DNA of 56,679 bases, from positions 1 to 56,679 of the forward strand of contig JAFGLQ010000041.1 in the NCBI GenBank assembly GCA_016928015.1, given 5' to 3'. The translations under genes were made by a program, and so were the position numbers. Under the pieces are notes generated by a model that was given only the letters and a program-made list of their open reading frames with translations, was not told where the DNA came from and did no database searches. Origin of the DNA: Dehalococcoidaceae bacterium. GTDB taxonomy: Bacteria; Chloroflexota; Dehalococcoidia; Dehalococcoidales; CSSed11-197. Shown piece by piece: positions 1 through 9,498 of the stretch (position 1 is the first letter of the stretch; each line of letters opens with the position of its first letter).

Positions 1-112
1 CCACTTGACGGGACACTACCCTATTGTATCCAGGAAGTATTAAAACCATGTTTAGAAAGCGTTAAAACCATGTAAAATAAATGTAAAAACTTTGTAATGA
101 AAAGGAGACAGT

Positions 113-142
113 CTAAGGGGGAAGCTACAGCTTCCCCCTTAG
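113..142 (-). terminator. GC-rich hairpin 30 nt downstream of the phoA-like stop; possible intrinsic terminator
   Basis: Inverted repeat ctaagggggaagct / agcttcccccttag (about 12 bp usable stem). On the minus strand it is followed by the moderately U-rich CUCCUUUUCAUU. Confidence 0.45.
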
Positions 143-172
143 ATCTATTTAGCGTAGTCCCCTGTATCGATT

Positions 173-1564
173 CTATTTCAGTGCGGCGATTATCGTTTGG
201 CCTATTTCTATATTGTCTATATATTTACCACGAACAATGTCCTTTTCATCAGCAGCTGATTTGAATAGGCGGGCAACGTCCCCCTTGGCGAAAAAGGGAA
301 TGATGTTATTGGTGTGGTCGCCGCTGTGCCATTCCATGCCCGGAAGATTGCCGGCGCCATTGTTTACTACTGCTTCCCAGCCAGGATCCGAATTTGGGCC
401 GGTCAGGTAGCCGCACTCATGATCGCCGGTTACGATAACTAGGGTTTCTCCCCAGTTAGAGTTTTTGATAACCCAATCGACCACTGCTTCCACGGTCATG
501 TTGAAATCGATTTGTTCTTCAATCATGCGACCGGACTGGCTGGCATGACTGGCCCAGTCGACAGCGCCGCCCTCGACCATAAGGAAGAAGCCATCCTTGT
601 CATTATCCAGGATATTCAGGGCGGCTCTGGTCATTTCTTCCAGAGTAGGTACGGTTTCGATCAGAGGTACAACATAAGGATCGGAATATCCGTCACCGCT
701 GCGGCTTTGTTGAAGGGTGGTGTAAACGTAAGGTATTCCTAGAACCCGGGTAGCGGTATCACCTTCTGACATAGCCTGGAAACCGGCTCGATCTCGGATA
801 ACCACCCAGCTGTCGGCAACACCGTCACCGTTTGCATCTGCGCCCGTGACATTGAAGTCGTCCGTAATGTCTGCCCAGGTGGTAGCTCCACCGACATATT
901 TCTCCTTGCTGGTAGGATCCTGAGGGTCGCCATTGTTGTCATAATCCGGGGCGCCGCAACCCATGATGACGTCTACTGCACTCTGATAAATCATTTCATT
1001 GGCGATCCCCGCATAATCGTTGCGGGTGATATTATGAGCGACGAAACCAGCCGGAGTAGCATGGCTGAATTCAACGCTGGTAACCACACCAGTGGCCTTG
1101 CCTAGTTCTTCTGCGTATTCAATTATATGCTTGAGGGTTTCACCATCAGGTCCGACGCCGATGCGTCCGTTTCGGGTCTTTACGCCAGTGGACATAGCGG
1201 TAGCGGCAGAAGCTGAATCGGTTGCATTGGTTTTCACATAGTCGAAATCACCCCAGGCAAGCTTAGTTAAATAACCATAGATATTGCCATCGTTTTCCAC
1301 TTCGTAGGTGCTCATGCCGGTTTTGGTGGGGAACTTTTCATAGACTTGAGAGCCAGTTTTTCCGTATTGATAGTAATTGGTGGCTTCGATATGATTGTAA
1401 CCCCACCCGTCACTTATCAGGACTATCACATTTTTAACGCTGGCATTGGAGTTGATATTCTTCGGTGCAGCGGATGCAAATGAAGGCACAGCTGTAACAA
1501 TGGCAAGACAAGTTATCGCGGCTATAGTAAATCCCTGTATTAACCTGCTTTTTGTATGATTCAA
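173..1564 (-). CDS. phoA: secreted alkaline phosphatase (PhoA family)
   Basis: 463-aa ORF with an N-terminal signal peptide ending PSFASA. Alkaline-phosphatase nucleophile region TDSASAATAMSTGVKT, plus metal-site-like GDHE and HSGDH near the C-terminus. TTG start preceded by AGGAG. Confidence 0.85.
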   Translation of the reverse strand: MNHTKSRLIQGFTIAAITCLAIVTAVPSFASAAPKNINSNASVKNVIVLISDGWGYNHIEATNYYQYGKTGSQVYEKFPTKTGMSTYEVENDGNIYGYLTKLAWGDFDYVKTNATDSASAATAMSTGVKTRNGRIGVGPDGETLKHIIEYAEELGKATGVVTSVEFSHATPAGFVAHNITRNDYAGIANEMIYQSAVDVIMGCGAPDYDNNGDPQDPTSKEKYVGGATTWADITDDFNVTGADANGDGVADSWVVIRDRAGFQAMSEGDTATRVLGIPYVYTTLQQSRSGDGYSDPYVVPLIETVPTLEEMTRAALNILDNDKDGFFLMVEGGAVDWASHASQSGRMIEEQIDFNMTVEAVVDWVIKNSNWGETLVIVTGDHECGYLTGPNSDPGWEAVVNNGAGNLPGMEWHSGDHTNNIIPFFAKGDVARLFKSAADEKDIVRGKYIDNIEIGQTIIAALK

Positions 1565-1891
1565 TGTTTTGCTCCTATTTAATCGATGTATTTTGATTTA
1601 AAAGAATGCGCACTGTCGATTCCTGCCGGTCTTAAAAGCAATTCACCTCCTCTGAATTTAGTGAGCACCACTACTATAAGCAGTTGACTGAGGTGCTTGT
1701 ATCCAGAGTAACATCCACTTGTTTTGGTTTGATTAGGGTTTTGTTTTGTACAGTTTAAATTTGTGTAAAATTTTTTTAAGCAGGGCTTGTTGCCAAATAT
1801 TTCACAATTGGTTTTATTTTCGTTCCGTCTAGCTGAGGCATGAATAAATCTGAAATAATATTTATTTTTGGTTTTCTTATCCTAGTCAAAA

Positions 1892-1922
1892 AATGGGAGG
1901 GATACTTGATATCCCTCCCATT
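1892..1922 (-). terminator. orphan intrinsic terminator (minus-strand orientation)
   Basis: Perfect 13-bp inverted repeat aatgggagggata / tatccctcccatt with a 5-nt loop. On the minus strand it runs straight into UUUUUUG. There is no U-run on the plus strand and no intact ORF upstream of it. Confidence 0.55.
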
Positions 1923-2045
1923 GAAAAACTGGTGTCTGGCAGTTTTTCAGACTTACCTAAACGGGGTGTATCAATTTGGTTGTTGGTCAAAGCTAACAAT
2001 TGTCAGGATTGTGTAAACAGGTTATCAGCCAGACTTGGCATGTAG

Positions 2046-2299
2046 GATTTACATGAGCATGTGCGCGATTTTGCTGCATCAACGATTTAACAGATAGCCA
2101 CGATTATCAGTTTCGTCGAAAAGTCGTTTGCCTCCAACAGGCCTGTAGGTGTTTCTTGTAGAGCAGGGTTGGGAATAACCGGGACAATCTTGACCTGCTA
2201 CCCAGGATCAAATGTTATGATGCAGAGGCAGCCATTAAAGAAGTTCGTGCAAAAAAGCCGGGTTGTATCGAAAATAAAAAGCAGGAAGATGCCATATGA
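2046..2299 (+). pseudogene. decayed dual-specificity (Cys-X5-Arg type) protein phosphatase
   Basis: Frame A reads DLHEHVRDFAASTI*QIATIISFVEKSFASNRPVGVSCRAGLGITGTILTCY, a PTP loop (V)xCxAGxGxTGT with the His and Arg positions substituted. After a frameshift near 2200, frame B reads PRIKCYDAEAAIKEVRAKKPGCIENKKQEDAI*, a typical DSP C-terminus (AI..vR..RPg.IE...Q). It carries an in-frame TAA at 2088-2090 and a TAG at 2043-2045. Weaker traces extend upstream to about 1960. Confidence 0.45.
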
Positions 2300-2728
2300 G
2301 AATATCCATCTACAATATACAAGCAGTCCTGACAATCCCAAAATATTTAATCTTTCTCCACTACAACAATCAAAGTGTAAAGACTGTCGGTTTAAGCCTA
2401 ATATTACATAACTATTAATTTGTACCCTGGCTCAACTATAGAATTCCTGCCTTCTTTAATGGTGGTGCGATCCAGCAAGGCCTTGAAATATTTCCATTTA
2501 TCTTCAGGAACTGATATTATCTATTTTGGGTTATAAGAAATCTATTTGTTAACAAGGCTAAACGTAATAGAAAAAGTTCTGCCTATTGTAACCCTATCTC
2601 CATTTTATTTGCATGCATTGTTTTTTAGATAATTAATAAATTTTGCCGGCCATAAATGGGCCTGCGGTTTCGTCGGGCTTTACAACCCGGCAATTACTTT
2701 TTCCAATAAGATTCATTAAGGAGCAAGC

Positions 2729-4348
2729 GTGGCATTAGCCCATCAGGAAGTAACACAAAGCAGCAATAACAGCCTGTCAAGCGAAGTAGCCAGAAGGCGT
2801 ACTTTTGCCATTATTTCTCATCCGGATGCCGGCAAAACTACCCTGACCGAAAAACTCCTGCTTTACGGCAATGCCATAAACATCGCCGGGGCGGTGAGGG
2901 CCCGGGGTGCGCTGCAGAGTACGGCATCCGACTGGATGGAGATGGAAAAACAGCGCGGCATATCGGTTTCAGCCACCGCTCTGGAAATGGACTACAAGGG
3001 ATACCGGATAAACCTGCTGGATACACCCGGTCACCAGGACTTCAGCGAAGACACGTACCGGACGCTGATGGCAGTAGACAGCGCCGTAATGGTGCTTGAC
3101 GGTGGCAAAGGGGTTGAACCGCAAACAGAGAAGCTGTTCAAGGTATGCCGCTTGCGGGGGATTCCGATCCTCACCTTTATTAACAAGATGGACCGCCCCG
3201 GCATGGATCCGCTGGAACTGCTCGACGAGGTAGAAAAAGTACTTGGAATCAGTGCTGTACCGGTTAACTGGCCGGTCGGTGACGGCCCGTCATTTCAGGG
3301 GGTCTACAGCCTGAAAGAAAAACAGGTTCTGCGGTTTCAGCGCACCGTTCACGGCCAGTTTCGCGCGCCGGTTGAAGTAGCCGGGCTGGATGATCCGGAA
3401 CTTTTTTCACTGCTGGGCGACAATGCCGCTCGCAGCCTGATAGATTATGTAGCTCTTCTGGACGGGGTTGTTGGGGCTTACAGTAAGGAGAAATTTCTCT
3501 CCGGCGAGATAACGCCGGTGTTTTTCGGAAGCGCCTTGAATAATTTCGGCGTGGAGCCGTTTTTAGATGCCATTCTCGGGTTGATGCCTCCGCCCGCCCC
3601 GCAGGTTACCGAAAATGGAATTGTGAACCCGGACAGCCCCGAATTTTCCGGCTTTATCTTCAAGGTCCAGGCCAACCTGGATCCGCGCCACCGGGACAGG
3701 ATGGCTTTCATGCGGATCTGTTCGGGACATTTTCGTAAGGATATGCTGGCGCACAACCCACGGCTGGGTAAGGACGTGCGCCTCTCAAGAGCGTTCAAGC
3801 TTTTCGGGCAGGATAGAGAGCCCATAGAAGAGGCTTTCCCGGGAGATGTCATCGGTATTATCAGCCCGGGCCTGCTTTCTATCGGCGACACCCTGACAAC
3901 CGGCAAGCCTTTCCAATTTGCACCGATACCGCGTTTTGCTCCCGAGCATTTTGCTAAGCTGATCAACCGGGATATTACTCGGTACAAGCAGTTCAATAAA
4001 GGGCTTTCCCAGCTTGAGGAAGAAGGAGCGGTCCAGGTACTTTACACCGAAGGCTTTCACCGCCGGGAGCCGGTGCTGGCAGCGGTTGGAGTACTGCAGT
4101 TTGACCTTATTCTATCCCGCCTGCAGGAAGAGTATGGAGTGACCGCCCGGGCCGAACCCCTGCCTTACACCATTGCCAGGTGGGCAAGCTCGAATTCCCC
4201 GGATATTAAAATCGGGAGCCTTGCCAGGCGTTCCAATATGATTTGCCGCGATTCGCAAGAGCGGGCGGTTATCCTGTTTTCGGGTTCGTGGGACTTCGAT
4301 TACTGCCGGAAGGAAAATCCGGAAATCAATTTCAGTGAACTCGGGTAA
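2729..4348 (+). CDS. prfC: peptide chain release factor 3 (translational GTPase)
   Basis: 539 aa. Motifs RRRTFAIISHPDAGKTTLTEKLL (G1), DTPGHQDF (G3) and NKMD (G4), with an RF3-like length and C-terminal domain. GTG start with a TAAGGAG Shine-Dalgarno sequence. Confidence 0.9.
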   Translation: MALAHQEVTQSSNNSLSSEVARRRTFAIISHPDAGKTTLTEKLLLYGNAINIAGAVRARGALQSTASDWMEMEKQRGISVSATALEMDYKGYRINLLDTPGHQDFSEDTYRTLMAVDSAVMVLDGGKGVEPQTEKLFKVCRLRGIPILTFINKMDRPGMDPLELLDEVEKVLGISAVPVNWPVGDGPSFQGVYSLKEKQVLRFQRTVHGQFRAPVEVAGLDDPELFSLLGDNAARSLIDYVALLDGVVGAYSKEKFLSGEITPVFFGSALNNFGVEPFLDAILGLMPPPAPQVTENGIVNPDSPEFSGFIFKVQANLDPRHRDRMAFMRICSGHFRKDMLAHNPRLGKDVRLSRAFKLFGQDREPIEEAFPGDVIGIISPGLLSIGDTLTTGKPFQFAPIPRFAPEHFAKLINRDITRYKQFNKGLSQLEEEGAVQVLYTEGFHRREPVLAAVGVLQFDLILSRLQEEYGVTARAEPLPYTIARWASSNSPDIKIGSLARRSNMICRDSQERAVILFSGSWDFDYCRKENPEINFSELG

Positions 4349-4439
4349 AACCGTTCCGGCAACAAACCTCGTTATGCCTGGATGTATTTTCCTATTATTC
4401 GCTCGACAGGGTTTTTGTAAACCGCCGGGGTGATAAATA

Positions 4440-5459
4440 TCAACCTTTATATGGCTGACCTGAGAGCTTCAGTGTTTTTAGTGCGCGTATAGTGACCCAT
4501 TTGCTGGGTTTGTTCTTTGGTCCGAAGTTAAGCCAGACCTTGTCACCGGTATAGTTGTATTCAAGAGCCCAACAGCCGTTTATGTCCTGCTTGGATTCGA
4601 TAAGTTTTAGCGTATTGGACAGCCTCGAATCGCGGCCGTAGCCCAGACCTGCCAGCGCTTCGGCTATTTGCAGGATATCGGTTATATAAAATACAGGGAA
4701 ACCGAATTTCCACCAGTTGGAGCTGGGTTTATCGGCATAGCCGCAGGGGTAATCGGCCGTGGCCGGGTCGATGCTGAAAAGAAAATCAACCCCGGCCTGT
4801 ATTGCCCGGTCAATTACAGCGGTTCGCTTTGAAGCGGGCAATTTGCAAAAAGCCAGCATTATTTTGGCTGCGCCCCAGGCACAGGGCAGTTTGTTGTTGG
4901 GGCCGCAGGCAAAACCGGGGCCGCATTGATAGGCGTAATAGCGAACCGGCGCCATCCTGTCTGCAGCGGGGGCGACCCCTTCACCGGTTACGCTGCGAGC
5001 CATCCATTCGAAAGCCTTTTGCAACTTTTCCGCCGGATAGCCCAGGTCCAGTAAAGCGGCGCACAGGTTGCCCTGCAGGCAGTCGATGGTTCCCGAAGGC
5101 GTGCCGTTGACCGAAAACTGTCCGCCCGGGGTCAGGGCGTGTTCGACAAGGTAGTCGCAGGCAGCGGCAAGCCTCGTATCCATTTCGATGGAGGCGCCGA
5201 GTTGAGACAGGAGTATGATTGACCAGACCGTGCCGGTGTACTTGGGTGAATAACCCGCTTTCGGTTTCACCCAGTAACCCTCCGAGTTCATCCTGTCCAG
5301 GACATGCGCAATCGGGCCGTTGCGGTGTGCCTTGATTCGGGCTTTTCTCAGTTCATCCGGACCGGGGCTTGCCAGTTCGCGCATGGCCAGGTACCTGGGA
5401 CCGATATCTTCCGGCTCCAGCAGCCAGTCCAGGGCGCGCATTTCCGGCATCGAAAGCAT
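4440..5459 (-). CDS. hypothetical Cys-rich protein, possibly alpha/alpha-toroid (prenyltransferase/squalene-cyclase-repeat-like)
   Basis: Long ORF with repeated aromatic/Gly-rich segments (GYWV, WSIILLSQLG, CAWGAAKIMLAF, NGCWALEY) reminiscent of terpenoid-cyclase-like repeats. The start is ambiguous (Met at 5459, 5450 or 5441). The 25-aa N-terminal extension on the ORF track is probably spurious. Confidence 0.4.
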   Translation of the reverse strand: MLSMPEMRALDWLLEPEDIGPRYLAMRELASPGPDELRKARIKAHRNGPIAHVLDRMNSEGYWVKPKAGYSPKYTGTVWSIILLSQLGASIEMDTRLAAACDYLVEHALTPGGQFSVNGTPSGTIDCLQGNLCAALLDLGYPAEKLQKAFEWMARSVTGEGVAPAADRMAPVRYYAYQCGPGFACGPNNKLPCAWGAAKIMLAFCKLPASKRTAVIDRAIQAGVDFLFSIDPATADYPCGYADKPSSNWWKFGFPVFYITDILQIAEALAGLGYGRDSRLSNTLKLIESKQDINGCWALEYNYTGDKVWLNFGPKNKPSKWVTIRALKTLKLSGQPYKG

Positions 5460-5649
5460 GATTAAGATAATAATCCTTGCCGGGCAGATAAGCAACAGCC
5501 GAGTGTCGGGCTGTTTCCGGCAACCGCCGGGCAAGGCCTAATGATAGGGTGAGTTTTTTATGCTGGTCGGTACGACATCTGAATATGCCATAAAAGACAC
5601 CTGTAATCTTCGCCGGATTGTCCTGCCAGAATGAAACGTCCGGTTCCGG

Positions 5650-7437
5650 CTAGCTGCCGGAAGGTTCCAGCACGATCAGGGTGGTGTCAGCCTTGAATTC
5701 CTGCCTGGATTCAGTCGTAATAACCGTAAGGTTGCTGTTTTTATCCAGGGCAAACAGCGGCACAGACTCTTTGCCGTAAAGCGAAACTATTCCGGCCCTA
5801 TCCGCTGGATCATCCAGTTTCCTGAGTTTTATTTTGCCGCGTTCGAATAATTCGGTGATCCGGTCGTAAGTAGCGGTATTATCGAAAAGGGTTCTTCCCG
5901 GCAGATGTTCGAGGTAGTGTTTTTCCGATGGCTTGCTTTCTTCCAGTGGCAGCATGAATACGTTGGAACTGCCGAATTCCTTGCTCAGCCTCAAATCTAC
6001 CAGCGTGTTGTAGTTATCGTCGGCGGTAACGGCAATAATATAGCCGTATTCGCTGAAGTCGGTATCGTCAAGGAAGCTGCCGGCAAGGGCATCGGCATAT
6101 ACAGCATTCAGGCCCTTGCGCCTGGCATAGGCCACATTTGCCTTGTTGTTATCGATTATCAGGCATTTGATGCCGCTTTCGGCAAGCAGGGCTGCGGCGC
6201 TCCTGACCCATGCCTGGCCGCCGACAAATATGACCCCCTGGGGATTTATCTGGCTGGTTTTTGAAACACGCATAATGAGCGGGGGTATGACGCTTGAACA
6301 CAGAATGGTGCCAAAAACAACGGCAAACGTAACCGGCAGAAGCAATTCGCCTGAAGGGAAACCTTCCCCACTCAAGCGGAAAGCGAAAACCGAGGCAATC
6401 GAAGCCGAAACAATCCCTCTGGGCGCAATGGAAGACAGCAGCAGTTTTTCGCTGGTTTTCAATCTGGATTTTATGGTCGAAGCGAATACGCTGAGTGGTC
6501 TGGCGGCCAGCACAAGGATCAGGATGAACATCACCAGCGACAGTGAAAGCGGTTCGAAGAGAGACAGTTCAAGCCTGGCAGACAGGATGATAAACATCAG
6601 CGAAATGAGGATTACCCGCAGATTTTCTTTAAATTCCAGTATGTTGGCGATACTGGCCTGGCTCTGGTTGGCGAGTGCCGCCCCCATGATAATGGCGGTA
6701 AATAACCCGGCATTCGGCTGGATTAGTTCAGAAACCAGAAATACCGCCACAAGTATTCCCAGGGTAGCCGGGATGTGCAGGTAGTCCGGCAAAATATGGC
6801 GTTTCAAAGCCTGGATGATAACTACAGCTCCGCCGATGCCCAGCGCAATACCCGAACCCAGCGACTTGAGGATTATGACCAGGGTCTGCAGGGCGGCATC
6901 GCCCGTGCTGCCGCCGACCAGGATTATTTCAAGAACAATCAGCGCCAGTATGGCACCAATGGGGTCGATTAATATACCCTCCCATTTGAGAAGGGTCGAT
7001 ACGGTATTACCGGGGCGCAGGTGTTGCAGCAGGGGTATTATCACGGTCGGGCCGCTGACTACCAGAATGGCGCCCAGCAACAGCGCCAGGGGCCAGTCCA
7101 TACCCAGAACATACACCGCTGAAATACTGCCGATAATCCACGTGACAAGCACGCCCAGGCTTATCAGCCTTATGACGGAAGGTGCGCTGGACCTGACTTC
7201 CCTGATTTTAAGGTTGAGGCCGCCTTCGAACAGGATAATAGCTACGGAAAGGGCTACTAAGGGTTCGAACAGCTCTCCGAACAAAATATCCGGGTCGAGC
7301 AGCCCCAGAACGGGGCCGGCGATAAATCCGGCGGTAATGAGAAAAAGAATGGAGGGCACCCGGGTAAACCAGGCAATCAACTGCGAGGCTACGCCCAGAA
7401 ACAGTATTAGAACAAGCTCAATAAGTATGTTATCCAC
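5650..7437 (-). CDS. cation:proton antiporter (CPA1, Na+/H+ exchanger) with C-terminal RCK/TrkA-N-like domain
   Basis: About 12 predicted TM segments. The N-terminus VDNILIELVLILFLGVASQLIAWFTRVPSILFLITAGFIAGP is typical of the Na_H_Exchanger family. The C-terminal soluble region has a Rossmann-like VIFVGGGQAW. The likely start is the in-frame GTG at 7437; the 32 aa upstream on the track look non-coding. Confidence 0.8.
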   Translation of the reverse strand: MDNILIELVLILFLGVASQLIAWFTRVPSILFLITAGFIAGPVLGLLDPDILFGELFEPLVALSVAIILFEGGLNLKIREVRSSAPSVIRLISLGVLVTWIIGSISAVYVLGMDWPLALLLGAILVVSGPTVIIPLLQHLRPGNTVSTLLKWEGILIDPIGAILALIVLEIILVGGSTGDAALQTLVIILKSLGSGIALGIGGAVVIIQALKRHILPDYLHIPATLGILVAVFLVSELIQPNAGLFTAIIMGAALANQSQASIANILEFKENLRVILISLMFIILSARLELSLFEPLSLSLVMFILILVLAARPLSVFASTIKSRLKTSEKLLLSSIAPRGIVSASIASVFAFRLSGEGFPSGELLLPVTFAVVFGTILCSSVIPPLIMRVSKTSQINPQGVIFVGGQAWVRSAAALLAESGIKCLIIDNNKANVAYARRKGLNAVYADALAGSFLDDTDFSEYGYIIAVTADDNYNTLVDLRLSKEFGSSNVFMLPLEESKPSEKHYLEHLPGRTLFDNTATYDRITELFERGKIKLRKLDDPADRAGIVSLYGKESVPLFALDKNSNLTVITTESRQEFKADTTLIVLEPSGS

Positions 7438-7603
7438 TTGACTCCAACGAATATCAAATTGCACAGATAATAAACCCTGCCCGCTAAAAAAACAAGGGAT
7501 TTCATTTGACGCTGGGCCGGCCTTTGGATACACTATTGAAGGCCCCCTGAAACCGGCCCGACCGGATTACGCCTCAATTCGAGTATTACCAGCAGGAGGC
7601 AGC

Positions 7604-8299
7604 TTGTTACGAATTATTAGAGAAATAACCCTGGAAGTGCTCCAGGCTATTTTACCCCTCACTCTTGGAGTCATCGCCATTAATTTCATGTTCATCCGCA
7701 TGCCAACCCAGGTGTTCGTGCAGTTTATCTTCGGGGCGGTGATGGTAATCGGAGGCATGATTTTATTCCTGCTGGGTGTGCGGTTGGGCATATTGCCCAT
7801 GGGGGAAGCTATCGGTTCTGAATTGCCGAAACGCCGGTTTGTTCCGTATATCCTGGCGGTGGCTTTTCTGCTGGGATTTTCAGTAACGGTGGCTGAACCG
7901 GATGTAATGGTCCTTTCAGACCAGGTAAACACGGTTTCCGGTGGCAGTATATCCAACACGCTGCTGGTGGGCGTTATAGCTGTAGGGGTCGGTTTTTTCG
8001 TTGCGGCGGCTATTTTGCGGATCGTACTGGGTTTTCCGATTACCTATATGCTGGCGGCAGGTTATGCCGCGATTATAATACTTTCGTTTTTTACCCCTCC
8101 CCAGTTTGTTCCGGTGGCGTTTGATGCCGGAGGTGTTACCACGGGGCCGGTCACCGTACCGGTAATTCTGGCTCTCGGGATCGGTTTCAGTTCGGTTCTT
8201 GCCGGCCGTTCTACGCTGGGGGACGGCTTCGGGCTTATCGGGCTGGCTTCCATCGGCCCGGTTATCGGAGTGATGCTAATGGGGGTAATCCTCTATTGA
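7604..8299 (+). CDS. DUF1538 family integral membrane protein (paralog 1)
   Basis: 231 aa, polytopic. Shares motif blocks with the next gene (AEPDV.VL / GEPAVRVL; FDAGGVTTGPVTVP / FDSGGVATGPMAVT; DGFGLIGLASIGPV / DGFGLISLIALAPI). TTG start 4 nt after AGGAGG. Confidence 0.7.
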   Translation: MLRIIREITLEVLQAILPLTLGVIAINFMFIRMPTQVFVQFIFGAVMVIGGMILFLLGVRLGILPMGEAIGSELPKRRFVPYILAVAFLLGFSVTVAEPDVMVLSDQVNTVSGGSISNTLLVGVIAVGVGFFVAAAILRIVLGFPITYMLAAGYAAIIILSFFTPPQFVPVAFDAGGVTTGPVTVPVILALGIGFSSVLAGRSTLGDGFGLIGLASIGPVIGVMLMGVILY

Positions 8300-9045
8300 G
8301 CGGGCTGAATCTTTTTCATGGTTTCGGGGGTACCATCATAACTGTATTGAAATCGGTAGTACCCATCGTTGCCTTTTTTATAATCTTCCAGCTCATATAT
8401 TTAAGACTGCCGTGGCGTTATCTGGCCAGGATATTTTTTGGGGTTTTACTGACTCTTGCCGGGGTGGCCATATTCTTACAGGGAGTCAAGGCCGGTTTCT
8501 ACCCGGCGGGCACGGAAATAGGTACGTTCCTGGGCGCTATCCATACCAAATGGCTGCTTGTACCCTTCGGGGTGGCAATGGGGTTTCTGGCAACCTTCGG
8601 TGAACCGGCTGTCCGGGTGCTAAGCTATCAGGTCGAGAAGGCTTCCGGTGGCTCCATAAGGAGTTCCCTTGTTCTTTACGGCATTTCCATGGGAGTGGCC
8701 CTTTTCGTAGGCCTGGGTATGGCGCGCATTGTGTGGGGCATCCCGTTAAACTACATTGTTATCCCCGGTTATATCCTGGCTATAATACTCATGTTTGCAA
8801 GTGACAAGACGGCGGTTTCCATTGCCTTTGACAGCGGCGGGGTGGCAACCGGACCCATGGCGGTAACTTTCCTGCTGGCGGTAGCCGTAGGTATCACTTC
8901 TTCCATTGAAGGCCGGGACCCGGTGGCCGACGGTTTCGGCTTGATTTCACTGATTGCTCTGGCGCCGATACTTTTTATCATGCTTGCAGGGTTGTATTTG
9001 AAAATAAGACTCAAACGCAGAGGTGAACAAAATGGGAACGGATAG
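8296..9045 (+). CDS. DUF1538 family integral membrane protein (paralog 2)
   Basis: 249 aa, paralogous to 7604-8299. Its start overlaps the upstream stop (ATTGA), implying translational coupling. Confidence 0.7.
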   Translation: MSGLNLFHGFGGTIITVLKSVVPIVAFFIIFQLIYLRLPWRYLARIFFGVLLTLAGVAIFLQGVKAGFYPAGTEIGTFLGAIHTKWLLVPFGVAMGFLATFGEPAVRVLSYQVEKASGGSIRSSLVLYGISMGVALFVGLGMARIVWGIPLNYIVIPGYILAIILMFASDKTAVSIAFDSGGVATGPMAVTFLLAVAVGITSSIEGRDPVADGFGLISLIALAPILFIMLAGLYLKIRLKRRGEQNGNG

Positions 9046-9388
9046 GAACCTGATTATCACCATAGTCAAAAAAGGCTGGGGTGATGAAGTACTCAAGGCG
9101 TCCATCAAAGCCGGGGCTGCCGGCGGCACGGTCGTACTGGGAAGAGGCTTAGGGGTGCATGAGCAGCAGACTATACTCGGTATATGTATCGAGCCGGAAA
9201 AGGAGCTGGTATTTTCGGTAACCGAACCTGCAAAGACCGATGAGATACTGGAGGTGATTAAAACCACCGCCGGGCTGGATAAGCCGGGTACCGGGCTGGC
9301 TTTTGTCATGCCGGTCAACCGGGTGGTCGGTGTTGTCCACGAGGAGGCGCCGGGAACTGCAAAATGCTTCGAAGACAAAAAAGAATAA
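9032..9388 (+). CDS. PII-like (GlnB superfamily) signal-transduction protein
   Basis: 118 aa from the ATG at 9032 (GAGGTGA Shine-Dalgarno 5 nt upstream). It overlaps the end of the DUF1538 gene by 14 nt. The pattern LIITIVKKGWGDEVLKASIKAGAAGGTVVLGRGLG...ELVFSVTE...EILEVIKTTAGL...GLAFVMPV fits a beta-alpha-beta-beta-alpha-beta PII fold with a short T-loop-like segment. Confidence 0.65.
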   Translation: MGTDRNLIITIVKKGWGDEVLKASIKAGAAGGTVVLGRGLGVHEQQTILGICIEPEKELVFSVTEPAKTDEILEVIKTTAGLDKPGTGLAFVMPVNRVVGVVHEEAPGTAKCFEDKKE

Positions 9389-9436
9389 CCACTTTACACA
9401 ACAGTTGCAATTGACCGTTCCCGTTGCCGGCGGCTA

Positions 9437-9465
9437 TTGACCCTGCTTGCAGGCCGCTCTATAAT
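9437..9465 (+). promoter_or_regulatory. consensus sigma70-type promoter
   Basis: TTGACC (9437-9442), a 17-nt spacer, then TATAAT (9460-9465), 33 nt upstream of the ATG at 9499. Confidence 0.6.
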
Positions 9466-9498
9466 TTCTGAGGTAGCAGACCTTAACAGGAGAACGAT

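Noticed and set aside
40-73. 12-nt direct repeat TTAAAACCATGT at 40-51 and 62-73
   Set aside because: The repeat is real but sits at the window edge, downstream of phoA. The gene it might regulate is outside the window, so no interpretation is possible.
2169-2411. 80-aa ORF as a real gene
   Set aside because: Its first third is the PTP-loop fragment of the decayed phosphatase. The remainder is out-of-frame read-through of the same remnant, with low-complexity K/S/Q-rich sequence and no Shine-Dalgarno sequence.
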